Of a stretch of DNA of 64,000 bases, positions 35,682 to 48,439 are shown piece after piece. The stretch spans positions 429,210 to 493,209 of the forward strand of contig RHPI01000026.1 in the NCBI GenBank assembly GCA_009103225.1, given 5' to 3'. The notes beneath the pieces are model-generated. The model was not told where the DNA came from. It was given only the letters and a program-made list of their open reading frames with translations, and made no database searches. The position numbers and the translations under genes are program-made. How positions within the stretch are numbered: position 1 is the stretch's first letter; each line of letters begins with the position of its first letter. Source of the stretch: Chlorokybus atmophyticus (lineage: Eukaryota > Plantae > Mesostigma and Chlorokybus algae).

Positions 35682-38117
35682 CTAGCAGCAGCCACCAGCA
35701 GGGGCCTGCGTGGCGAGTCCACTCGACGCCGCCTGCGTGTTCCCGCACGGGAACAGTCCATAGTGTACGTTTCGATCACCGATGACGGTGAAGTGGTCTT
35801 TGAGCCAGCTCTCCCCAACCATCGACGCGGTATTGCCGCAGACGAGGGCAGGTCGATTTGTCTCGAAGGCGTGGCCGTTGTCGAGCGCGTACGTGTGAGA
35901 GTGGTTGGGAATCGTGCCCTTGTACACAGCCACCTGACCGTAGTCTTCGCACTGAGTCTCAAGACGACCCGGAAGCTTGAACAGCCGGTACGTGATCGAG
36001 TAGAACTTCGCCTCCCCTGCAACACAGTTGTCATGATTAGGGAGAGTTTACAAGAGCAGAACATTGGTGCAGTACTGCATATTCGTGCACGTCAGTGGAT
36101 GTCATCCCAACAAAACCAAATGCGTACACATGTGCGCGCGCACGCTCACTCACACGTGCGCGCGTACACATGTGTACATGCACGTGTACAAATGCATGTT
36201 GGAAAGAGGGCTGGTATGCATACGAGTGAGCTGATCACACTACCATTGCCCCTTCCTCCATTGACAAATGATGTACCTGTGAGCTCCTGAAGCTCCGCAT
36301 CATTGACTTCAATGGGTGCGGTGGACAGCACCCTCGGGTCCGTGAAGCCAACCTGGTGGCAGATGCGCTTGAAGTCCTCGATGTACAGCGCACCGCCCAG
36401 GCACTCCCCAAACAACACCTCGTGCTTCTGCACATGCTCCGGCAACCTCCTATCGCAGTACACCTGACCAGTACAAGATTTACATGTTGGGTGTTCTGAA
36501 TGTAACAAGTAGATTTGCTGTTGAACAATGTAGTATGCGAATGCTTACATCTGAAAAGTAGAATTCTCCGCCTGGCGCCAATACGCGGTACACTTCGCTC
36601 AGGACTCGTGGCTGTGGCGTCAAAATAAGTCCAATGCTCAGGTAGTTGTTACTATAAACTTGCGCAGTGAACTGCAAAGATGTGCAGCAGCAGTGCGTAC
36701 CTTGTCCGGAGAAAGGTTGACGACGCAGTTGGACATGACCATGTCAAAAGACTCATCTTCAATGCCAGCCTATCACATCCACAAGCATGAATCACACATT
36801 CGCAGTGAACACAGTTATACACAGTTCAGGCTGCACAGCGGAAAGATAAAAAGGCACCTTGTCAAGGTACTCAATGTGCCCCTTAATGAACTTCATGTTT
36901 GGCTGGGAGTACCCCAAAGTCTGTGTGAACTCATCCACATGGCCCCTCGCCACCTCGAGCTGCTCGTCTGTCATGTCGATACCAACAACGCTGCCTGCCA
37001 GGCATTTGCAACCGGCACGCATGAGCAAATACCACAACAAACGGGAGAGAGAACCAGCAACGCTTGTGACCAGCACACTTGCACACTACGCAGATACAAC
37101 CAGCTAACCGGAAGGCCCAACGAGTGCTGAAGCCACATAGCAGTCTCGACCACTGCCACTGCCCAAATCCAACACATGCAAGCCCTCTGCAAGCAAGAAC
37201 AGAGTGTTGACAGTTAGAGTCCAGGTAAGGTTCATGCAATGACCATTGAGAGCAAGATAGACCATACCTATGCCATAAGGGAGAGGTGACCCGCAACCGT
37301 AAAACTTTGACACGACTTCATCCGGCACCTACCAGATCCCAAAACAACAGTATTAAACGAGTTCTGGACAAGCTGGTTGCATGCGGACATGCAAGACAAT
37401 CAGTTGACACTGTCCGCACCTTGCGCAGAATGTCTCGGATCTGTTTGGGAGGGGCAGCAGCGCAGCTGCATGCGGATGTTTTAAGGTCTTTGCTGGAAGC
37501 CAGAACCTTGCCGTAGTAGTTTTGCACCGATTGGTATGTGTCCTGAACAACAACACACACATGTGTTACTCGTTGCGGCTGCCTCACCGCACACACTGAA
37601 GCATGTAGCATGCATACAGTCAGGCTGCAAGTAACAAACACTGAAGCATTGCAGGAAGAACGCTAGTGTGCTTGCAGACTTTTGCAGCACACAACAGATT
37701 ACAACATGACACAAGCCTACATTAGCATGCTTAATGCAGTAGCACATTGACCGGCGCCTGCTTTCTGGACAGCATACAACTGACTGCACCCGCAAACGTC
37801 ACCCGACAGTAAATGCCAGCTGGCAGGATTTGTGTCTCCATACGGGAAACCATTGACAATGTTTATATTTGTGAGACCAGGGTGTGCGTTTGCAGCAAGG
37901 CCGGTCACAAAATGAGCTGAATGCGCATTGCATGCAGCCCAATGTGCTGTGAACATCACGGTAACTATACTATAGCAAGTAAATTATGCCAAGCACCGTC
38001 CAGCACAGCCCTACCAGGCGACAGGTGTGCAGCTTACTGCTAAAGCATGTGCAGCCAGGGTCAGCTATCGTGCATGCTCACCTCTGCACCATTCGGCTGA
38101 GCGTTGGATTGCGTCAT
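35682..38117 (-). CDS. AS3MT: Arsenite S-adenosylmethionine methyltransferase (AS3MT/ArsM), about 9 exons
   Basis: [101 protein letters not shown] and a C-terminal CC. Confidence 0.95.
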
Positions 38118-38341
38118 AGCTGAAATCAGCTGGTAGGCCAACAGAACTTGTCAAATAGAACAACAAGCACCAATCGCAACAACGACAACAACAGCGCCGC
38201 CGACAGCCACACCGCCGCCGCCGCTACCTCCACGACCCACGTCACGGAAGGTATTTGTCATTTGCAAGCTCGAACGTTCGGGAAAGAAGCTTCCAAGCAC
38301 AGGATGCACAAGCTTAAGTGCACAAAACGCACAGAATGTGC

Positions 38342-38410
38342 GCCTTGTGCGGCACAAGGCAATGGTTGGCTGGGAGCGGCGCACGAAACCCTAGTGTGTG
38401 CAAACCCTAA
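38342..38410. promoter_or_regulatory. Candidate cis-elements in the AS3MT/rpl27 bidirectional promoter: 19-bp dyad GCCTTGTGC-G-GCACAAGGC (38342-38360) and two telo-boxes AAACCCTA (38386-38393, 38402-38409)
   Basis: Motifs read directly; telo-boxes are known upstream of plant translation-machinery genes. Confidence 0.5.
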
Positions 38411-38442
38411 TTGAGAGTGCTGCGCGCGTGTAGTCGGCTGCG

Positions 38443-39371
38443 ATGGCGTCGGCGGCGGCGGTGGCCGGGTGTAGCAGGGCGTCGTCGTTCTTCGCTGGTG
38501 AGGCGCTGTCGCGGATTGAGCAGAGCAGCAGACCGCGGACGGCTGTCGTCCCGGGCGCGCCCCTGCGGGTGGAGGCCGCCCACAAGAAGGGTTCTGGGTC
38601 CACCAAGAACGGGCGGGACTCCGTCAGCAAGAGGCTGGGAGTCAAGCGGTATGGCGGCGAGGAGGTGATCGCCGGAAACATCATCGTTCGCCAACGAGGC
38701 ACACACGTACGTGCCTGTCGTATGCGTGTACAGTAGCGAATGTCGGTAACCTGTGAGCATTGCGTGGATCCCTTCAGCTAGCTGTGAACGTGTACTGCAT
38801 GAACACTGGTTGGTGGCCAGGAGCTTGATCCCATTGTGTTAGGGCTATACCCAATCGTGATTGTGAATTTAAGTGTGACAATTGAGTTAAGTCTTGCTGG
38901 TCTGTGTTCCCCTCAGTAGCTGTGTACACAGCTGGATCCTGTATTGTTGGTATCTAAGCATCATCAAGTTTTGCTGCGGCTATGCATTGCGGATTGAACA
39001 GCTGCTGGCTTTATTGACATCGCGCCCGCATGTTGTGTGCCCCTTGCAACTTTATGGCCCTCAGCCTATTCTGTACTGCAGTTCCATGCCGGCAAGAATG
39101 TTGGTGTCGGCAGGGACTTCACCCTGTGGTCCCTTGTTGACGGTGTTGTGAAATTCGAGCAGTATGACAAGAAGCGCAAGCAGGTACTGGCCAGTTCAGT
39201 AAGCAAAATGCAAATGCAACATTCACTTTGAGGTCATTCTGATTGGTGTTTGTATTTGTTCTTGCTATTCAGGTGAGCGTGTACCCGCGAGTCTATGAGG
39301 CCGAAACCACCTTTGAGCAGCCCCAGCTTGCCATGGCTTCTGCTGCAGACAGCGAAACAGTTGTCGTTTAG
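38443..39371 (+). CDS. rpl27: Plastid 50S ribosomal protein L27 (nuclear-encoded, transit peptide), 3 exons
   Basis: Transit peptide followed by [42 protein letters not shown] and [25 protein letters not shown]. Confidence 0.95.
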
Positions 39372-39694
39372 ATCACACACGCTCCTATGTAGGATAATGT
39401 GGCTGCTTGCCTATAATATAACACAGCCAGTGGTTGATGCGCAACACCACTTCTGTGTCAGCCGGGTGCAGGCTTGTGCTGGTATGCATGGCCTGCATAT
39501 GAGCTGGTGTGTGGGCCTGATGTCAGTGTTACTGGCCATTACTTTTACAATTCTCCTACTCTCTTTGGCTGTAGTACATGTCTGAATTTGAAACATGCAC
39601 CTAGCAGCTCGGTCAGATCGGCCATGCAGTACTTGAGTGATTCGCAAACTTTGTATGTATTCCAGTGCAGTGCGAATGTTGAGTGATTCAATTG

Positions 39695-41641
39695 TTACTG
39701 GTCCTGATCACCACAAGTGTGTTCATGTACGTGTATCGCGCAACCCCCACAAAGAGCTTCCGAAACCTGCACGCGTAAAGGTGGTCACTGTGTGGCAGTG
39801 CAAAACTCTTAATGTAATACTAGAGCATGCAGGGCTTCTGCCTACCAGACCCATTGCGAGCGGTGCTGCATCATGGCGCGCACACCCCTCCAGCATGACG
39901 GTGATGCAATGAAAACCTTCAATGCAGTCCGGTCTTGGCGACAATCCACGAATGACTGCAGTGAGTCTAGCAGCCCGGCGTACTTGCGCACCAAGCCTGT
40001 GCTTTCCTACCAAGCAACAATGTGAGCATCTGGACTGATGTGATTGACATGCACGCGACCTGTGGAGCCACTTACCAGTACCCAAATAGTGCGATGTTCA
40101 CTAGCTTGCGCATACTGCCTGCCAACAAGGGAAATGGCTTATTCACCCGAGTCAAACTGCATGAACAAAATCACACCCTGGCTGTTGTGCCGCTTACAAC
40201 ACGCCGCGGTATGTTGACACGTGGTTGGGGTGACCCGACACTCCGCGCCCGTCAAATGTGAGCAACTGCACAGACAGACAGATTGCGTGTGTGTGTGCGC
40301 GCTTGAAAGCGTGCACGTGCGCGGTGGGTGGGGGTGGGGGGTTGCCTGTGGAGGTGGTGGATAGGTGTGCATGCATGCGTGCGTGTGTGTATATGTTCAA
40401 GCAAAGTGCTCATCAATGCAGCATTCACCTCACCAGCTTAGCGCTGCACAGCGCCACATGTGTAGCAACGTAGTACGCCACCACCTCTTCCGGCCAGAGC
40501 GCGCGCATGCCATCCTGCATTTTACTCACATTGTTGTCATCCAGTATCAGCATCACAGAACACGGGCGATCAACACCTGCAATTTCTTACCTGAAGCCTT
40601 TCATCATCAACCACCTTGACACGATGCTCCGGAATCTAGTTGAGATGATCAGATTACATGCAGTTGCTTGACCTTGATCATGCAGTCGCGGCTTTTTTCA
40701 AATCAGACCATTATCATTGCGTTCACCTGCCTCGAGGGCCTCACATGCGCGTATCATCTCCCGTGCACGGACCGCACCCAATCCATCGGCATTTCCTGAC
40801 AGATTTATGTTAGACTTGAAGTGTGATGAGGAGCGCCTGTGATGGGAAGAAAGAGTGCAGTGCACCGTTGGACAAGCAAAGGACGTGCACTTGAGCGCGG
40901 TTGTCGTTCGCCAGCGCCAGAAGGGTGGGTGCAAAAAACCTGCATGTACAACGAGTGCTTGTGTCACACATGTGGCTGCTGCATGTACAAGCACAGCCAC
41001 ATATGCGCGCAGGGGATGCGCAACGCATACAAACACACATGCATACACGCACACACATGTACAGATACACACGCGCGCACACGCACACGTGCCCACGCAC
41101 AGTCGCACACACACGCGCCCTCACACACACACACACGCACGCACACACACGCGCACACACACGCACACACACACGCATGCGCGTACACACACGTGAACGC
41201 GCACACGCACACAACTGCACACACGTATGCACACCAGCACCAGCAATAATAAGCAGCTGATGATTCTGTGCATGCTGCGCACGGTTCAAGATTCAAAGTC
41301 ACCACAGGCAACACACTAACACCATTTCCTGTAAGTAGCAACTTACATAGATTCATCGTCTGGGTGCGCAACGACCAGAAGCACATTGATCTTGCTGTCG
41401 TCCTTGGCGCCTGCAGTAAACACCCATAACATAACCATCCCATAACTATCATATAATCAACAACACACAGCATGCCGTCCAGCGTCTAGCTATCTCAACG
41501 GACCATCAAACACAATGCACACAGACCAGGCAAAGGCAAAGGGAGAGTCGAAGGTCTGAAGCAGGACCACAGCCATACCGCCACGTTGGCGGCCACCACC
41601 ACCACCACCACCACCGCCACGCTCACCGCCGCCACCCACAT
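39695..41641 (-). CDS. PIGL: N-acetylglucosaminyl-phosphatidylinositol de-N-acetylase (PIG-L), multi-exon
   Basis: N-terminal hydrophobic anchor, VLLVVAHPDDESM|FFAPT, VHVLCLSNG|NADGLG, LTFDGRGVSGHPNH and AMMQHRSQWVWFRKLFV..YTYMNTL. Confidence 0.92.
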
Positions 41642-41652
41642 GACGAAAATGC

Positions 41653-41700
41653 AGGCTCAGGCTTAGGCTTAGGCTTAGGTTTAGGTTTAGGTCAGGGTTT
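41653..41700. repeat. Telomere-like hexamer tract (TTAGGC/TTAGGT)n immediately upstream of the PIG-L start codon
   Basis: AGGCTCAGGCTTAGGCTTAGGCTTAGGTTTAGGTTTAGGTCAGGGTTT. Confidence 0.7.
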
Positions 41701-42550
41701 GGAAAAAGTGGCGGATATCCAGCCCGGCTCGTTAACATATCTAATGCTGCAGTGGATATCTAAGGCTTAGGGTTCAGTCGAGTGGTAGAGTTGTTGGTTT
41801 TGTCCGCGGCGGCGGCGGCGGCGGTGCGGAGGACAGGGGTGGAAGGCGAAGGGGACTATAATTGACCTACTGGCAGCATGGGAGCTTGTGGTTGACGACT
41901 GGCATTGGAGACATCGGAAAGCTCGACCCTCTGTGCGCACACAACAAACGGTAAACCGCATTTCTCTCTGCTTGAATTGAGAAGCTGTGGTACACCCATA
42001 TGCTCACCGTCATCCTGCGAATGGCACCTCAGCGATAGTCAATCAGCATTCAGAAGTTGGTATATCTGTTAAGAGATTTTGGGAGAGTGTGGCACAACTG
42101 CCAGCTTACAATTGCATGCATGGTTGCTGCTAGCACGGTTTGTATCGTTGTGTCAAGCACGTTCATCCAACAGCACTACACAAATGCTATGCAAGCTCTA
42201 TCATGCCAATTCTGTCCAAACTGACATGCATATAACGTTGTGTCGAAATCAAAGATAAACATGGTAAACATGCATCAAACTAGTTGTTGCATGTGCTACC
42301 AAGTTCGTAAGTTGTATAACATCTCTCTCTCTCTCTCTCCCATTCCCATCAGCCTGCAGCCGTCGTTGGCATCATTCTCTTTCTTTGCAGTTGCTACAAC
42401 GATTGGTGTGCTCGCACACATATATATGAACCTGCATATTACATCATCAGCATGCCCTCTTGGCGTTCAATATCCTTCTCGCTTTCGTTGCAGTTGTATT
42501 AACACATGGTGTGCTTGCACACAGATTGCATTGTCAAGTGCATTCACAAC

Positions 42551-45500
42551 ATGGAGGTCATCGCCACGTACGCCTCCAAGCCCGAGATCGGTCCCAGCGG
42601 TCTCGTACACGGCGCGGTTCCAACGCTTCAGCAGATTGAGGACGACGCTTTGACAAAGATCGCGCGCGAGAACTGGCCTGTGGGTGCTAAGGAGAGGCCC
42701 GCATTCAAGCCCGCTATTGTTGAAACTATATATAAAGATGAGCTCTCTGGCAAGATCAACCTGCAGCGCGCCATGCTGCTGGAGATCTCGCAGTACTTGG
42801 AGAACTATCTATGGCCCCATTTTGATCCGGAGACGGCGACCTACGCGCATGTTATGTCCATTATCCTGATGATCAATGAGAAGGTATTGCATGCTGCAAG
42901 GTTGAGATTTGATTGGCTTTCGGTTGTTTCGACTGTATGTCAGTTGTACTAACAGTTGGGCGTAAGTTCAACAGGTCTGGTTTGACGTGCTTATATTGAT
43001 GATCGTGTTGTTGTAGTTTCGGGAGAACGTGTTGGCTTGGGACTGCTTCCACACCGAGAAGGAGAAGTTTCCAGGTTTCTTCAAACGGGTCATCATGTTG
43101 AAAAAGGTTAGGAAGCATGCCTTGACAGCACCTTGCAAAATAGCATGAGTGTGACCACTTGCTGTAAGGCATTGACTTACATGGCACTGCAGGGGGAGCG
43201 GAAGTTGTCGGTGCGGGAGAAGACGCATTACTTGGTGTTCATGATTCATTGTTTTCAGGCAAGAGCCCATTCATGTTGTTAACTGAATGCACCGTATGTC
43301 AAGTCAGAACAGTGTTCTCACTAGATGCTGTTGCTGCAGAGTCTTGAAGACGAGATGGTGAGAACACAAGTGCTGCGGCTGGTGTCGCTGCAGCTGTGGC
43401 ACTGTCTGTCCCCAGGCAGGCTACAGGTGCGCATGCAGGTTCACATGGTGGTTGGCCTGAATGTGTGGTAATCAATAAAGTCTCACAGGCTCGTGCTGGT
43501 CATTCATGACGCATTGCAACCGTGAGTGTGTTTGTCAGCTTTGCACCCACAGCTTACACAACTCTGTGTAACTCAATCCTCTATTGTACATGTACCGACC
43601 TGTACACGACTTGCTGTTGCTGGCAGACAGAGCTGTCTGCGAGTCCCCAGCTAGAGAAGCATTGGAGGTATTTGCAGAAGAAAGAAGTCAAGGCAAAGAA
43701 GTCCGCCAACTACGTACCTCCCTCCGAACGCCCTGAAACATTTTTCATCCCTTCATTTATCCACGAGTTCCTTGAGGTGAGTCCTAGTCCACACAACTAT
43801 TACTTAATGACATCACATGCAACATTGTCTTACACGCGCATTGTCTACAGTTGTTAGATACCGTTGTGAACTCTGGCACATCCAACGGAGGTTCTTCACA
43901 TGAAGCAAACGGGAGCTATGATGGCGGTGGCAATGCCACCGTGCAGGCAGCATCATTGCTATATTGCGAGCGCTTTGTCGAGTTCATGGTGGACCTTCTT
44001 TCCCAACTCCCAACGAGGCGGTTTGTCCATGTTGTCGTGGAGGACCTTGCTCTTGTGGTCAAGTGCAGGATGAGCTCTTTACATGCCCACCCGCGTGGGA
44101 GACTGTTTCAACAACTTGTGGACCTGCTGCGCTTCTACCAAGGCTTTGAGATCAATGATCACACGGGGATGCAACTGAAGCAGGATGAGATGGAGTCCGC
44201 GCACTGCGAGCGCATCCTATCGCTGCAACGACTCACGTTCAAGAAGTACCCGGAGCTGCGTGATCTCGCTTTGAGCAATGTTGGGTCCATCGAGAAGCGT
44301 GCCACGTTGATGAAGTATTTGGATGAGCTTGGCCACGATGAGTTGCACCGGCTCGCCATTGAGCACCTGCATTTGTTGTCTCCAACCGACCCATGGGGCG
44401 AGCGTGATGAATTTCTAAAAGAGGTGTTGGTTTCTACCTTTGAGAGGCGTGTCTCGCAGAAACACGCCATCAACATGTTGCCTCTTTACCCCAACGAGGA
44501 GGTGCTGTGGGATGAGAATGTTGTGCCGAGCATCCACTACACGGGTGAGAACGCACTCGCCCTCCCGAAGCTCAACCTCCAATTCTTGACCTTCTATGAT
44601 TACTTGCTTCGCAACTTCAACCTCTTTCGCCTCGAGGCCACGTATGAGATCCGTGAGGATATCCAGGACGTGGTCAAGCGCGTCAACGCGCGCGTGAATG
44701 AGGAGGACAAAGTGGTCTTCAACGGTTGGGCTCGCATGGCCATACCCATCGCCGAGTACAGCATTGCTGAGGTGAAGAAACCCAACATCGGCGAGATGAA
44801 ACCCGCCGCGGTGACAGCCAACATAAAGATTGATCTCAAGAGGACTCGCGGGCTCGCCGTGGAGGAGTGGAACGCCATCAAAGAGCACGACGTGTTGTTC
44901 TTGTTGGTCGTGCGCCCGCCTGAGTGGATCGGCGCGCCGGCGGGACAAACCTTCTGCGAGCAGTTTGGCATCCTCAGCGTGCGTGGCTGCGAGGTGATCG
45001 AGTTGAAAGATGAGGAGAACAACCTCATGAATGACTTCAGCGGACGCACGAAGCCAGATGAGTGGAAGCCACCCAAAGGCTCTGAGCGCACGGTTGTGGT
45101 GGCGATGGACACGGCGCAGTATCAGATGGACATGGATCGAATGGCCATGGCTTCATCGGATGGACACGACATATACACATCGTTCAACCTCCTCGTGCGT
45201 CGCAAGCCCAAGGAGAACAACTTCAAGGCCATCCTGGAGTCCATCCGTGACCTCATGAACGAGGAGTTCACCGTGCCAGAGTGGCTCCACGACATCTTCC
45301 TTGGGTATGGCGACCCCGCAGCCGCGCAGTACAGCCACATGCCCGCCGACCTCCTCCTCCTCGACAAGGTGGACTTCAAGGACACGTTCCTCGACGCCAA
45401 CCACCTTACGAACTCCTTCCCCAACTATACGGTCCAGTTCAAGCAGGGCGGCAAAGACCTCGATGCCGATGGCGATGATGTGGCAAAGCTCAAACCGCCT

Positions 45501-48439
45501 TTTCGTGTGACGTTCCCGCCGCCACAGAAAGCTGTTGAGTCTGTTGCGGGTGCGAAACGCAAAGGAGTTGAGTCTGAGAACGGGTCAGCAGCATTGCCAC
45601 AATCGAACGCGTTGACACTTATAGCGGAACCGTACATGCCGCCACATCCAGGCCCGTACCCGCAAGATGTGCCACCCCAGAATACTGTTCGCTTCACACC
45701 CGTACAGGTAACAACCAGGTTGTTGCTGGTACAAATCTTAGTAGGGAGATGTGTGCATGCGTGCGTCTGCGTCTGCATCTGCGTGTGCACGAGCATGCCT
45801 TGATACAAGCTCACTGCAAGCGTGTGTGTGTGCGTTGACATAAGCAATTTTTCTCATCCTTGCATGTGCTCGTTGGTCAGGTGGAAGCCATAAGGTCGGG
45901 GGTGCAGCCGGGCTTGACGATGGTTGTGGGGCCACCTGGGACGGGCAAGACAGATGTGGCCGTGCAGATCATGCACGTGTTGTACCACAACTTCCCGGGT
46001 CAGCGCACGCTGGTCATCACGCACTCCAACCAGGCTTTGAACGACCTCTTCGAGAAGATCATGCAGCGGGACGTGCCAGAGCGTTACATGCTGCGTCTCG
46101 GCATGGGCGAGAAGGAGCTCAACACGGAGCTGGACATGAGCCGACAAGGACGCGTGAACCACATGTTGTCGAGGCGACTGGAACTCCTCGCCGAGGTGGA
46201 GCGCATGGCCCAGGGGTTGAACTTGTCCACGGATGTGTCGTACACGTGCGAGACGGCAGCACACTTCTGGCTCCTACACGTGTTGGCACGATGGGAGGTG
46301 TTCCTCGCCACCGTGCACCAGGCGGCCCCAACAACAACAACAACAACAACGAGTGATGCATCAACATCAACACTCGTCAGAGAGCACTTCCCGTTCCACA
46401 ACTTCTTTAGTACAGCTTCGCAGCCGTTGTTCAAGGGTCAATCTTACAGCGAGGACATGCGCGTGGCGTGGGGATGCTTCCGCCACCTCAAGCGCATGTT
46501 CACGGAGCTCGAGGAGTGCCGCGCCTTCGAGCTCTTGCGTACCACCGCGGACAGGTCCAACTACCTCATGACCAAGCAAGCCAAGATTGTGGCCATGACG
46601 TGCACGCACGCCGCGTTGAAGAGGAGAGACTTCCTCAACCTCGCGTTCAAGTACGACAACCTACTCATGGAGGAGTCCGCGCAGATTCTCGAAATCGAGA
46701 CGTTCATCCCGATGGTGCTGCAGAAGCAGCAAGACAACATCAATAGGTTGAAGAGGGTCATCATGATTGGTGATCACCATCAGCTGCCTCCCGTGGTGAA
46801 AAACATGGCCTTCCAGAAGTATAGTCACTTGGATCAGAGCTTGTTTACGCGGTTCGTGAGACTCGGCACACCATATATTGAACTGAATGCGCAAGGAAGG
46901 GCGCGACCGAGCCTGGCGCAGCTGTACAATTGGAGGTACCGCGAGTTGGGAGACCTCGAGCATGTGCGCAGAGACATGAAGTTCACGCTCGCCAATCCCG
47001 GCTTTGCATTCGACTACCAGGCAAGCCATCAGTGCAGTTGCGTGTGTGTGTGTGCACGCGTGTGCGTGCACGCGCGTCTGTGACTGTGAGTGGGCACGCT
47101 GTCGGCCTGCTTGTTTTTCAGGCTTCTGGTTAACTGAATGTTAGTGTGTGCATATGTGTTTATGCGCACTCGAGCGTGTGTGTATGGTTATGTGCGTGTA
47201 CGTGCGTGTGCTGTGGTCGTATGCTAACCGGTGTGTTGTCGTTGGCATGGCAGTTGGTGGATGTCCAGGACTACCTCGGCAAGGGCGAGATGGAGCCGAC
47301 GCAGTACTTCTACCAGAACCTTGGCGAGGCCGAGTACATCGTGAGCGTGTACCAGTACATGCGCATCCTGGGCTACCCCTCTCACAAGATCTCCATCCTC
47401 ACGACGTACAACGGTCAGAAGCACCTCATCCGCGACGTGATTGAGAGGCGGTGCGCGGGCCACCCGCTGTTCGGCAAACCCGCCAAGATCACCACTGTGG
47501 ACAAGTTCCAGGGCCAGCAGAACGATTACATCCTCCTCTCCCTCGTGCGCACGCGCGTGTTTGGTCACCTCCGAGACGTGAGAAGACTCGTCGTGGCCAT
47601 GTCGCGTGCCCGCCTCGGACTCTACGTGTTTTGTCGTAAGGCTCTATTCGAACAGTGCTATGAGCTTCAACCGACGTTTAGGACGCTACTTGCAAGGCCG
47701 CATCATCTGGCTCTTGTGCCTGGAGAAGGTGTACCCGCCACACGGCAACAAGCTGACCCTGTCACACCTGTGCTTGTGGAGGGCCTGGAAGCCATGGCTG
47801 CCATCGTGGATCAGATGGCGCGGCTTTGGGCTGATCAACAGCAGGTACACATACAAGCAACACGACACGTACGCGATGTAACAGTATTACTTGCGCCCCA
47901 GTAGTTTTTGTCAAGTGCTGTCATATCAATGCATTACACACGCACACGCGAGCACGCGCACACAAGCTGTGCGTGCGTGCGCACACACAGCTGTTTGCTC
48001 TATGTTGTGGTGCATTCGCTGCTCACGCCGTTATGGTGATGTTTCCTGCTTTCTCCAGGCGGAGATGCATCGCAGAGTGACCGCATCACAGGCGGTGGCT
48101 GCTGCGTTGGCGCACGCACAATCACAGGGCTTCGCACCCAACTCTGCAACAGCAGGTGGTGCAACAGCAGACGGGCACGCAGGTGGTGCGGAGCCAATGA
48201 TGGAAGAGTCGGCTCGCGTAACGGACGCGGATGCAACAACAGTTGAACATGATGCGCAAGGTGTGGACAGCGAGAGGGTGGAGGCTGCTGCTGGGTTGCC
48301 TGATGCGGATGGTGATGCAGTCAAGGCATCGAGTGGGGATGATGATCGACCTGTGGAGCCACAGGCAGAGGGTGGTAGGGTCAAGTCACCACCACCTGAG
48401 ACTGTACAGACAGCAGACGCCATGGATGCTGATGGGTAG
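42551..48439 (+). CDS. AQR: Intron-binding spliceosomal RNA helicase Aquarius, multi-exon
   Basis: [95 protein letters not shown] and [11 protein letters not shown]. Confidence 0.97.
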
